Both the position numbers and the translations under genes were made by a program. Shown here piece by piece: positions 1-9,097 of a stretch of 64,000 bases of DNA. The DNA is taken from the NCBI GenBank assembly GCA_963845185.1, contig CAWJRG010000009.1:704001-768000 (forward strand), in the 5' to 3' direction. A model generated the notes under the pieces. It had not been told where the DNA came from. It was given only the letters and a program-made list of their open reading frames with translations, and did no database searches. Each line of letters starts with the position of its first letter. Positions within the stretch are counted from its first letter, which is position 1. The stretch is from an uncultured bacterium (lineage in GTDB: Bacteria; Oederibacteriota; PGYV01; CAWJRG01).

Positions 1-687
1 GACGCAATCCCATACTCCACCCAGACGCAGATTGCAAAATTATATACGCCGACTGTTACCGTGACAATGACGGCGACGCCGAACATGACGCAGACAATAG
101 GCGCGATACTTACGGCCGTAGGCGCAGGCAATGCTTCGGCAACTGCCGTTGCCGGTTTATACACGCCTACAATTACCGGCACAGGCACGCAGACTCCAAA
201 TACAACATTGACGGTCCAGGCAATATTGACAGCCGTGGGGGCGGGCAATGAGACAGCCACGCAAGCGGCGCAAATGACCCAGACTGCGGCAGCTGTTTTA
301 TGGACTCCAACAAGCACGGCAACCATTACCGCAACAATAAGCGGATTACAACAAACAGCAACAGTCCTGGCGCAGGAAACAGCGACCATGACCGCAATGT
401 TTGTTATCGGGCTTGGCAGTTCTGCGCCGTACCCCGGAACCTTTAACGGGCAGTTTCAAAATCCTTCGGGCGTGGCATTGGACAGCAGCGGAAACGTATA
501 TGTTGCTGACACGCTGAATTACAGAATCGAGGAATTCAACAATGCAGGCACGTATATTACCCAATGGGGCAGTTCCGGAAACGGCATAGGGCAGTTTTAC
601 CAGCCCCGGGGTATAGCAGCAGACAGCAGCGGCAACGTATATGTTGCAGACGAGGGCAACAGCAGGATCGAAGTATTCCATCCGTAA
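1..687 (+). CDS. NHL-repeat protein with Thr/Ala-rich repeated linker (5' end outside window)
   Basis: Frame is open from base 1. Two NHL repeats (GQFxxPxG[VI]AxDSSGNVYVAD...RI) at the C-terminus, preceded by repeated AILTAVGAGNxxAT units. Confidence 0.85.
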   Translation, partial: DAIPYSTQTQIAKLYTPTVTVTMTATPNMTQTIGAILTAVGAGNASATAVAGLYTPTITGTGTQTPNTTLTVQAILTAVGAGNETATQAAQMTQTAAAVLWTPTSTATITATISGLQQTATVLAQETATMTAMFVIGLGSSAPYPGTFNGQFQNPSGVALDSSGNVYVADTLNYRIEEFNNAGTYITQWGSSGNGIGQFYQPRGIAADSSGNVYVADEGNSRIEVFHP

Positions 688-785
688 AATAATTGGTATT
701 TAGGAATTGTCAATGCTGAATTTAGGTAGTAAAATAACCCTGATTAAAGCAGTCAGTTGAAAATTTACAGAATATGGAGGGAATC

Positions 786-3497
786 ATGAGTAAAATTTCC
801 GCTAAAATCGGGATTGGCAAGACTGCAAAAATAATCTTATCCGGGTTTATATTTCTGGTCTTATTAAATTACAGCCTGCATGCAGCAGTTATCTGCACGC
901 CACAATCTGCGGTTATTTGCGCGGCTGTCGACGATATTGCAGACATTTATGTCAACGGCATATACCTGGGGACTTTCGGGTACGTGGACATGAGCATGAC
1001 AGGCCAGGCGTCTCCCACATGCATGAGCCTGAATACGGCACAGCTTACGCCGCTAAACCTGGTGCCGACGGGAAATATTCTGGCAGTGCATGACCAGAAC
1101 ACTGGCTGCTGCGAAATGTGGGCAACCTGGTCAATGGATATCACATGCCAGGGCGGCGCGCACAGTTACGTGGAGAGCGACAGCGGCGATGGAATTGATT
1201 ATTTTGAGGATGCAAACGCATGCTGTAATCCAACGCCGGTTCCGGTGGGTACGGAAATATCCTGCGATTTAGGCCCGAACGACGGGACTTACACGTGGAC
1301 AGACCCAAATTATACAGAATCAGGCTGGTCGCCTGCTTCAGGCATAGTTTATACCGGTATCGGATACGGCCAAAAAACAGACTCTTTTCAGTTCAACAAC
1401 GTTATGCCGCCCCTGGGATTTGGCGGCATTGCGGCCGGGTGCCAGCAGATATTTTTCAGGCAGGCGTTTAACCTGAACGAAATGCCAACGCCGGCGCCGC
1501 CGAATTTAACAATAACAGAAACATCGGACAAGACCTTTGTAACAGGGCCGAATGATATAGTGAGTTTTTCTCTCCATATATGCAACACAGGCGGAGGAAC
1601 GACAAACCCTGTCGCAACAGTTGACAGCTGGACTGATACAATGAGCGCCTGGCAGTACCAGGGGCCGTGGGGCATTTTAAGCGGCTCTTCCAACGGATTT
1701 TATTATGGAAATATTTCCGGGGGCGCTGCGAACGGGCCGCCTGCTGTTCCAATAATTTTTGACAACGGGTTCCCGGGCGTTACCTGCACCGGATGCAACA
1801 CGCCCTGTTATGATTATACATGGATGCTGGAATCATGGAACATTGCTTCATGCGTCGGCTGGTACAATAGCGTCACTTTGACATGGCAGACAGGGTCTGC
1901 AAGCAGCGGCACAGAAATAGATAATTTCTGCCCGACATACATACCTACAGTGACGCAGACAATAACACTTACATGCACATATACGCCAAACATGGACACG
2001 CCAACCCAGACTCCAACCATCACTCCGGTGCTTGACTGTGTTTTCTATCATATAGACCGGTCAGCTGTGCCTGCAATGGTATTCATGCCAAAACTCACCT
2101 TATTGGCAAATATCGGCGATTGTGATTCGTGCACTGTGTATGTGGACGGCGTGCCGGTGTCATCAACATATACGGCATCCACCAGGGTAGTAATGTTCAC
2201 GGCGTACGGCACAGATATAATTATTTCAAGGAGCAATTACATAGGCAACGCGACATACGCCATAACAAAAGCAACTTTGTATAACAACAAAAAATGGGCT
2301 TATTCTTTTACCTTCGACGACTGCAGGCCGACCACCAGAACTGTCGTACTCCCCATGTTCCAGACTTATGGGTACATCGGCGGGTCTGCGCTTAATACAG
2401 GGAATATGGCCCCGACTACCGATGGCTACGGTATGAGCTGGGCGAGCGCAGACATACTGCGCGCAGCCGGCTGGAGCTTTTTTGACCATACCGTCAACCA
2501 CGATAATGTAACCTGCAGCAATATAAGTACACAGGTCCTGCCTGTCAAAAGCGCTATTGAGGCGAGATGGCCCGGATACCTGTGCACGGAATTTGTCTAC
2601 CCATACTGCGACACGACATACTGGACATGCATAGCTAATTCAGGGCTTTTTCTTTCGGCCGAAAGCTGCCCAGGCAACAATTATGCCGACATAGTGCCGC
2701 CGAATCCCTATATACTGAACAGGAACATATTATGTGCGGCAGGGAACCTAACCACTACTGCCCTGGCAAACGCGGCCGCGGATAACGCAGCAAACGACAC
2801 GCGGTCCAGGTGGCTGATAAACTTTACCCATTATGTCGAGCCGGGCAACGGCACTCCGCCGACTACATACGACACAAACGAAGCGACCCTGGGCGCGCAC
2901 ATTGCCTATGTTTACAATACCTACGGCGAGGGCGGTTTGAACAACATGTGGTTCGCGCCGACCGACGAGGTCATGCAGTATATACTAACAAGGACAAATG
3001 CCGTGGTAAGTTTTCTTAGTACAGGCCAGTGCGGTATAATAATGCCGGCATCGCCGACCAATACGCCGGTGAATACAATGACAAGTACGCCTGTTTTGCC
3101 AACGGCGACTTTCACGAAAACGCCAATAATAAGCCCGACAATTACCGAAACAGCAACAGCAACGGCAGCCCAGACAGCTGCGGCGGGCAGGTTTGCAATC
3201 ACAGATACTGTCATTTTTCCAAATCCGTATAACCCGGAGAAAAATTATTATTTCAATATCAAAATTGACCTTGCGAAGCCGGCCAGCCAGCTGAAAATAA
3301 GGATATATACGGCCGCGTTCAGGCGGGTAATGGAAGAATGCGAGGATGGCCTGTTTTCCGGCCTGTATACTTCAACACTGCCCTGGTGGAAATTTTCAAA
3401 CCTGTCGCCGGGAATGTATTACCTGGTGATTTTGGGCGAGTCAACAAGCGGGGAAAAGGCAATATCAAATCCTGTCGAGCTGATAATTTTAAAATAG
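786..3497 (+). CDS. Large secreted protein: Cys-rich N-terminal domains, polysaccharide deacetylase (NodB-like) domain, T/P linker, T9SS-like C-terminal domain
   Basis: Signal peptide; SFTFDDC and FFDHTVNH deacetylase-like motifs; C-terminal IFPNPYNP...IRIYTAAFR...GMYY...IILK; GGAGG RBS before ATG 786. Confidence 0.75.
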   Translation: MSKISAKIGIGKTAKIILSGFIFLVLLNYSLHAAVICTPQSAVICAAVDDIADIYVNGIYLGTFGYVDMSMTGQASPTCMSLNTAQLTPLNLVPTGNILAVHDQNTGCCEMWATWSMDITCQGGAHSYVESDSGDGIDYFEDANACCNPTPVPVGTEISCDLGPNDGTYTWTDPNYTESGWSPASGIVYTGIGYGQKTDSFQFNNVMPPLGFGGIAAGCQQIFFRQAFNLNEMPTPAPPNLTITETSDKTFVTGPNDIVSFSLHICNTGGGTTNPVATVDSWTDTMSAWQYQGPWGILSGSSNGFYYGNISGGAANGPPAVPIIFDNGFPGVTCTGCNTPCYDYTWMLESWNIASCVGWYNSVTLTWQTGSASSGTEIDNFCPTYIPTVTQTITLTCTYTPNMDTPTQTPTITPVLDCVFYHIDRSAVPAMVFMPKLTLLANIGDCDSCTVYVDGVPVSSTYTASTRVVMFTAYGTDIIISRSNYIGNATYAITKATLYNNKKWAYSFTFDDCRPTTRTVVLPMFQTYGYIGGSALNTGNMAPTTDGYGMSWASADILRAAGWSFFDHTVNHDNVTCSNISTQVLPVKSAIEARWPGYLCTEFVYPYCDTTYWTCIANSGLFLSAESCPGNNYADIVPPNPYILNRNILCAAGNLTTTALANAAADNAANDTRSRWLINFTHYVEPGNGTPPTTYDTNEATLGAHIAYVYNTYGEGGLNNMWFAPTDEVMQYILTRTNAVVSFLSTGQCGIIMPASPTNTPVNTMTSTPVLPTATFTKTPIISPTITETATATAAQTAAAGRFAITDTVIFPNPYNPEKNYYFNIKIDLAKPASQLKIRIYTAAFRRVMEECEDGLFSGLYTSTLPWWKFSNLSPGMYYLVILGESTSGEKAISNPVELIILK

Positions 3498-3506
3498 TAT
3501 TTGTAT

Positions 3507-3576
3507 ATTGATAATTGAGAATTAGTAAAGGTTTTCGGTTCGGCAAAACAAACGCTAGAAGTTGTCAATTTTCAAT
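3507..3576. repeat. Imperfect inverted repeat made of TCAATT-type heptads
   Basis: ATTGATAATTGAGAA (3507-3521) matches the reverse complement of TTGTCAATTTTCAAT (3562-3576) at 13/15. Confidence 0.6.
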
Positions 3577-3588
3577 GAAGGAGATTTA

Positions 3589-4118
3589 ATGAAAAAGTTT
3601 GGTTTTGTTTTTTTATGGCTGTTGATTCTTGTTTCTTTTGCGGTTTGCGCGGATGCAGGCGGAAATACCATAAATGCGGAGGCTGCTAAACCGGAATTAC
3701 TATATCCAAACCTTAATTATTTTCTCGGGATGAATATAGGTATTACGGGCGATGATAAAATATACAGCACCAATGACCCTGCTATAGAACCGCTATTAAT
3801 GAGTACTTCAAAAGGAAAAGAATACCTTGAGCACTATTATTTTAAAAATACATTCGGAGTTATTATGTCGCTCAGTTCAATCGCGGATATTATTGCTCAA
3901 TTCAATTATATGGGAACTCATGTCAACAGCCCCCGGACAAAATGACAGCAACAATAACTGTATCAGCTATGTTGTTGGGTATTATCGGCTGTGTTACAGC
4001 TCCATGGATTATAGATTCGTCATATAATGACCTTTATAAGAGCATAAATGAATATAACCTGACAGTCTCCTGCGGGAAAGAGACAAAGGCTGTTATAAAG
4101 AAGGAAATAAAATTTTAA
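3589..4118 (+). pseudogene. Hypothetical exported/membrane protein split by a 1-bp frameshift (or two coupled ORFs)
   Basis: ORF 3589-3945 has a signal peptide. ORF 3942-4118 (MTATITVSAMLLGIIGCV...DLYKSINEYN...EIKF) overlaps it in the -1 frame. One extra C in the C5 run at 3930-3934 fuses them. Confidence 0.5.
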
Positions 4119-4196
4119 TCATTCGCTCAGGAGATTAACAAAGGCAGGGATCAAGCAGATTTTTATATTGTCAATTTTCAGTTGAGGTGATCAATC

Positions 4197-4967
4197 ATGT
4201 TCAAAAAAATCATATGCATTGCAATATTATTGTTTAGTTTTGCCGGATTCGGCTGTGAACCGGCGGGACCGCCGAAAACCATACTTTTCATCGGCAACAG
4301 CTTCACCTACGTTAATGATTTGCCAGGTTTATTTACCAAACTGGCGCGCTCAGGCGGGAAACTGGTGGCTGCAGGAATGGTTGCGCCCGGAGGATACAAG
4401 CTCATTCAGCACGTTAACGACGGGAATACCATTCAAAAACTAAACTCGCAGAAATGGGACATGGTGGTTTTGCAGGAGCAAAGCCAGACACCGGCTATTG
4501 AGGATGATAAATACGACATCATGTACCCGGCCATACGCAGTTTTAATGAAATGATACGCAAGGCAGGTGCAGTGCCGATTCTTTACCTGACCTGGGGCCG
4601 CAAAAATGGCGACACTGAGTTAGGCTACAGCGACTATGCTTCCATGCAGGACAGCCTAACAAAGGGCTACATGGACATCGCACAGGAGCTTTCTATTGAG
4701 GTGTCACCGGTCGGGGCCGCCTGGAAAACAGCGCATGAGCGCCGGCCCGAGCTGGAGCTCTGGGCAGGTGACGGAGTACACCCCAGCCTGGCAGGTTCCT
4801 ATCTCGCGGCCTGTGTTTTTTACGCGGTCATCTATAAAAAAAGCCCTGAAGGTTTGGGTTTTAAGGCAGGCTTGGATGTGGACACAGCTTCGTTTTTACA
4901 GACAGTCGCGTCGGAAACTGTCCTGACCGATACAAAAAAGTGGCTTATTCCCGAAGAAGGGAAATAA
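4197..4967 (+). CDS. SGNH/GDSL-family hydrolase, exported (possible lipoprotein)
   Basis: FIGNSFT, LQEQS and DGVHPS motifs; N-terminal signal ending FAGFGC. Confidence 0.8.
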   Translation: MFKKIICIAILLFSFAGFGCEPAGPPKTILFIGNSFTYVNDLPGLFTKLARSGGKLVAAGMVAPGGYKLIQHVNDGNTIQKLNSQKWDMVVLQEQSQTPAIEDDKYDIMYPAIRSFNEMIRKAGAVPILYLTWGRKNGDTELGYSDYASMQDSLTKGYMDIAQELSIEVSPVGAAWKTAHERRPELELWAGDGVHPSLAGSYLAACVFYAVIYKKSPEGLGFKAGLDVDTASFLQTVASETVLTDTKKWLIPEEGK

Positions 4968-5064
4968 TAAATTTTCAATTTTGCTAATCAGGAAAAATTC
5001 CGCAACCTTTTTCATATTATTCCGTTATATTGATAGTGTCGGAAAACCCGGAGCGACTGAACCA

Positions 5065-5553
5065 ATGGATTTAAAAAATATTACTAAAAAAGGTAATGAA
5101 GGAGTATTTGACTCGAAGAACTTGGCCCTTTTTTCGTATTGTCGCCAAAACCCTATGATAATAATTGATCCAGATGGCAGAAGTGGTTTAAGTTTATGGG
5201 GTAATGTACCTATTGCACCGCTTGTCGATGTTACTTTGGGCCCGGTTTTTTCTGAAGAAGGAATTGCACTGAAAGTAGGAATATCTCTTGGTCTTGAAAC
5301 TCCATTTGGGAGTAGTCTTGATTTAGATAAATTTATGCCTGGATTTAATTCGGATTTTTCATTACTAGGAAAATTTGATGCTAAAGGAAAATTTACAGGA
5401 ATTAATTTATTAGCTGCAGGTTGGGAATTGAGTTATACCACCCCTGCTATATCGTGGCAAGAAGTTAAAGAACTTCAACATCCGTTAACAACAGGATCTC
5501 GACTTACGGGTCCAGATTTATCTCCTGACGTTGAAGATAAACAATTCTGGTAA
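5065..5553 (+). CDS. Orphan Rhs C-terminal module (core end plus putative toxin domain)
   Basis: GVFDSKNLALFSYCRQNPMIIIDPDG matches the Rhs core-end motif (NLYxYxxNNPxxxxDPxG) and is followed by about 124 aa of Gly-rich unknown domain. No upstream YD repeats. Confidence 0.75.
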   Translation: MDLKNITKKGNEGVFDSKNLALFSYCRQNPMIIIDPDGRSGLSLWGNVPIAPLVDVTLGPVFSEEGIALKVGISLGLETPFGSSLDLDKFMPGFNSDFSLLGKFDAKGKFTGINLLAAGWELSYTTPAISWQEVKELQHPLTTGSRLTGPDLSPDVEDKQFW

Positions 5554-5581
5554 GGAGGTATTGCAATATGGAGAACTATTC

Positions 5582-5872
5582 ATGAATATTTTTAAATGGG
5601 TAACGATTATAGTCGTATTGAGCTGGTCTTTTTTATTATTTTTTTTAAATAAGATAATTGCTAGAGCATATATAAATTTCCAGGTAAACACTATTTTTAG
5701 AGGTTTGTTTGTTACGTATTTTATTAAAAAGTATGGTTTTGAAAAAGCAAAAATTATATTATCAAGCGATAATAATATTTTAATGAAGATTTATCGATTT
5801 GATAATATATTTGTTTCTATAGCATCTTTGTTGTGTTTAATATATGTTTGTGTTTTTTTAAATAAAATTTAA
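5582..5872 (+). CDS. Small membrane protein, putative Rhs immunity protein
   Basis: Directly downstream of the Rhs tip; very AT-rich; 2-3 hydrophobic segments; GGAGA before ATG 5582. Confidence 0.55.
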   Translation: MNIFKWVTIIVVLSWSFLLFFLNKIIARAYINFQVNTIFRGLFVTYFIKKYGFEKAKIILSSDNNILMKIYRFDNIFVSIASLLCLIYVCVFLNKI

Positions 5873-6022
5873 AGTTTGTTGATAATATTTGTTAAAATAT
5901 TCGCAGATAGTTTTAAAAACTGATACCGCTTGTCGGGACCTGCGGCCCGGACTTGAGCGGGTATAAGATTCCGTAGGCGTTTGATAAAACCAAACGCAAC
6001 GGCATCTAACAAGGAGGCTGAC

Positions 6023-7615
6023 ATGATAAGAAAAGGCAGTAAACAAAGCTCTTTTCTTGACGCTGACTACATCTGCGAGCGGCTTGTGCCACAGGACAGT
6101 TTTTACCGTAAATTCAAGGAGCTTGTAATGCCGTTAATCAAAGACGAGAATTTTGATTCCATGTACTGCAGGGACAACGGCAGGCCCGCAATATCACCCG
6201 CATTGCTCGCGATAGCCTGTATTTTGCAGTTCTACTGCGGCTTATCCGACCGGGAAATGGAAGAAGCCTGCATGTACGACATCCGTATAAAGCATGTTCT
6301 CGGAGTAGGCATAGACGAGAGGCCTTTTGACCACTCATCGCTCGGCGACTTCCGGCAGCGTTTGCTTGAAAACGGAAAAGAAAAAGACATATTCGACAGG
6401 ATTGTCCAGCACCTTGTGGATAAAAAGCTGATAAAGAAAGACGAAATCCAGCGCATTGATACTACGCATGTAATAGCGGATATTGCCATCCCTTCCATGA
6501 TAGCAATGGTCAAAAAAGGCGTATATGAAATATTCAAGATAATCAGGAAGCAAAACAAAGATGTGTACAACACGATAAAAAAGCGGATACATATATCCGA
6601 ATACAAAAGAGAGACGATTAACCAGAATATGCCGGGCAGGTTCGACCTGGAGAAACGCAAGAAAAAGCTTGTGCGGACAATAGCTGAGGCAAAAATAGTA
6701 TTAAGGTACATTGAAAGACTGGAAATGAGCGCAGAACTAAAAAGCAAGGTGGATATATTAAAACAGATACTTTTGGAAAATACAAAGGAGGATAAAAGAG
6801 GCAGACTGGTGGAAATGGAGAATAAAGAAAAACCAACAAACAGGATGATATCGCCCATTGACCCGGAGGCAAGGTGCGGGGCAAAGTCAAAAACCATGAG
6901 GTTTTACGGTTACAAAGCGAATGTAACAGAAACAGTAAACAGCCGTTTTATCACGAACATAATGGCTATGGTCGGCAATGCCCCAGACGGTTCGAAAACT
7001 GTGGAAATGGTGATGGAGCAGGAGGAACATAAAATAAAGCCGGTTAAGTTGATAGGTGACGCGGCTTACAGCAACGGAGAGAAGCGGAAAGAACTGCTTA
7101 AATACGGGACACAGATTGTGGCACCAATGAGAAACAAGACAGGCAGAGCCCAGCATATATTCCCGAAGAACATGTTTAAGTACGATGAAGAAAAACAGAC
7201 TTTGACATGCCCGAACGGTGTTGTGACCAAAAGAACCACCCTTGACAGGCTGCACGACGCTATAACGTATCACTTTCCGGTTTATGAATGCGAGATATGC
7301 GACCTGCAGGCAAGGTGCACGAATAGCGGTGAAGAAAGAAGAACCGTAGGCATTACAAGCTGGCATGATGTGCTGTTAAAAACCGAAAAATATAACAGGA
7401 CAAAACAATACCAGAAAGACATGAAACTGCGCCAGCCCATAGAAGGCAGCATGTCTGAGATGAAAGAATATCACAAGATGATAAGGGCGCGATACCGCGG
7501 ATTACAGAAAGTCGGATTGCAGTTTTACTTCACGGCAGCCGCAGTAAATATAAAACGCTGGATTAAAGTAATACTTGAGAAAGTGAAGCCAAAGCGGGTT
7601 TTGTGTCCGGCCTGA
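6023..7615 (+). CDS. IS1182-family DDE transposase
   Basis: N-terminal GRPAISP...LSDRE...DHSSLGDFRQR (DUF772-like); IDTTH, GDAAY, RQPIEG DDE residues; CPNG...CxxC...C insertion; AAGGAGG RBS. Confidence 0.9.
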   Translation: MIRKGSKQSSFLDADYICERLVPQDSFYRKFKELVMPLIKDENFDSMYCRDNGRPAISPALLAIACILQFYCGLSDREMEEACMYDIRIKHVLGVGIDERPFDHSSLGDFRQRLLENGKEKDIFDRIVQHLVDKKLIKKDEIQRIDTTHVIADIAIPSMIAMVKKGVYEIFKIIRKQNKDVYNTIKKRIHISEYKRETINQNMPGRFDLEKRKKKLVRTIAEAKIVLRYIERLEMSAELKSKVDILKQILLENTKEDKRGRLVEMENKEKPTNRMISPIDPEARCGAKSKTMRFYGYKANVTETVNSRFITNIMAMVGNAPDGSKTVEMVMEQEEHKIKPVKLIGDAAYSNGEKRKELLKYGTQIVAPMRNKTGRAQHIFPKNMFKYDEEKQTLTCPNGVVTKRTTLDRLHDAITYHFPVYECEICDLQARCTNSGEERRTVGITSWHDVLLKTEKYNRTKQYQKDMKLRQPIEGSMSEMKEYHKMIRARYRGLQKVGLQFYFTAAAVNIKRWIKVILEKVKPKRVLCPA

Positions 7616-7854
7616 GCGAGAAAGCAGTAGGAAAATAAGGGAATAAAAAAAGCAAGCGAAGGCGAAATGGAGAAAACGGAATGAACGAAGCAGTTGAAGT
7701 AAAGATTGAAGAAGAGGAAGCGGGCAAGAAAAGAATCCGGGAAACCCGGAATGAAAAAGCTATGCCTTTAAAACACACAGCTGAAATAAACCCCTTTTTT
7801 AGAGGGGTTTTCCGACGGTATCATATTATATATAATCCATATTGGAGGCTTTTA

Positions 7855-8898
7855 ATGAAAACAACATTTAACATGGTTATTGTAATGTGCTTATTAAACG
7901 CTATTTTTTCCGGCTGCAGCCATGAAACAGTTCGCATTACAGCGAAAACCGACGGGATTACACCCCTGAAAGTGCAGGCTAACCGCATCGTTGATTCAAT
8001 CGGAAATATAGTAATACTTAAGGGACTGAATATCTGCTACCCGTCTATTTTGATCCGGGAAAACCACTGGAACGAGGAATATTTCAAGGAAATGGCATCC
8101 TGGGGTGCAAAGCTTATACGCGTACCCATAGACCCGGGAAGCTACAGAAGATTTGGCAGCAAAAAGACTTTTCAAGTGCTTGACCAGGCTGTGCAATGGG
8201 CTAAAAGATACGGCATGTACGTCATGATAGACTGGCATTCCATAGGAAATATTGTATCCGGTATTTTTCAGGACCCATGGCAGGAGGAAATGAAGACAAC
8301 TGCTAAGGAAACAAAAAAATTCTGGTCAGATACGGCACAACGCTACAAAAAAGAACCAACGGTTGCTTTTTATGAAATATTCAACGAGCCTGCCTCGATG
8401 CACTGGAAAGGAGGCAGCATGTCATGGCAAAAATGGAGGGATGTGGCTGACGAAATTATAGATGCTATATATGCGCAAAACCCGGCAGCTATCCCGGTCG
8501 TAGGCGGGATGGAATGGGCCTATGATTTAAGGGACGCTGCAGAGGCGCCTCTGCGCAATAAGGGCATTGTTTTTGCCGTGCACCCGTATCCCGGCCATGC
8601 AGGCCAGCCGTGGGAGGATAACTGGGAAGAGGATTTCGGATATTTGGCAAAGGATTACCCGATGATGCTCACAGAATTTGGTTTTGACCCGGATGATAAA
8701 ATTATGCCTTCTGTTTACAAAGCAGATAATGATTACGGCCGCCGCATCCTGGCTTATGCGGATAAAAAAGGAATGTCATGGACAGCATTTGTTTTCTGCA
8801 ATTGCGAAAGCTGGCCGATGCCGCTTTTTAAGGACTGGGAAACTTATACGCCTACGGAATCAGGGGCATTTTTTAAAGAGCAGTTAAATAAACAATAA
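7855..8898 (+). CDS. Glycoside hydrolase family 5 (cellulase-like) lipoprotein
   Basis: IRVP, IDWH, FNEP (acid/base), HPY and TEFG (nucleophile) motifs; lipobox-like FSGC; GGAGG RBS before ATG 7855. Confidence 0.9.
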   Translation: MKTTFNMVIVMCLLNAIFSGCSHETVRITAKTDGITPLKVQANRIVDSIGNIVILKGLNICYPSILIRENHWNEEYFKEMASWGAKLIRVPIDPGSYRRFGSKKTFQVLDQAVQWAKRYGMYVMIDWHSIGNIVSGIFQDPWQEEMKTTAKETKKFWSDTAQRYKKEPTVAFYEIFNEPASMHWKGGSMSWQKWRDVADEIIDAIYAQNPAAIPVVGGMEWAYDLRDAAEAPLRNKGIVFAVHPYPGHAGQPWEDNWEEDFGYLAKDYPMMLTEFGFDPDDKIMPSVYKADNDYGRRILAYADKKGMSWTAFVFCNCESWPMPLFKDWETYTPTESGAFFKEQLNKQ

Positions 8899-9097
8899 TT
8901 TGTAGTTTGGCATTCAGCATCATGAATTAACGAATTAAATACATAATGCAAAATAAAAAATCAATGTAATTACATCGCAATAAAAACCAAAATTAAATTT
9001 AAATTCATTTATTAATTCCAAAATTTACTGCATAAAAACACATAAAACCGATCAAATTGTTAAACATAAAATTCTTTCATTTTTTTGAAAATAATGC

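Larger units (their letters stand above)
5032..7822 (+). mobile_element. IS1182-family element carrying passenger genes (Rhs tip plus putative immunity gene)
   Basis: IRL GATAGTGTCGGAAAACCC (5032-5049) and IRR GGGTTTTCCGACGGTATC (7805-7822) are complementary at 16/18. Direct repeat ATATT at 5027-5031 and 7823-7827. Encloses a DDE transposase. Confidence 0.8.

Noticed and set aside
400..687. DGR template/variable repeat pair between NHL genes (400-687 and 60473-61330) or between TPR genes
   Set aside because: Differences are not limited to adenines, both copies are coding, and no reverse transcriptase is in the window.
4981..5064. N-terminal extension of the Rhs-tip ORF from TTG 4981
   Set aside because: It crosses the transposon boundary and lacks an RBS, so it is probably a chance open frame.
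5921..5940. TGATACCGCTTGTCGGGACC as the left end of the IS
   Set aside because: It matches the right IR only over GATACCG plus a gapped TCGG and has no ATATT duplication. The 5032 end fits much better. It could be a decayed ancestral end.
7681..7854. N-terminal extension of the GH5 ORF
   Set aside because: It lies mostly inside the IS right end. RBS and signal peptide indicate ATG 7855.
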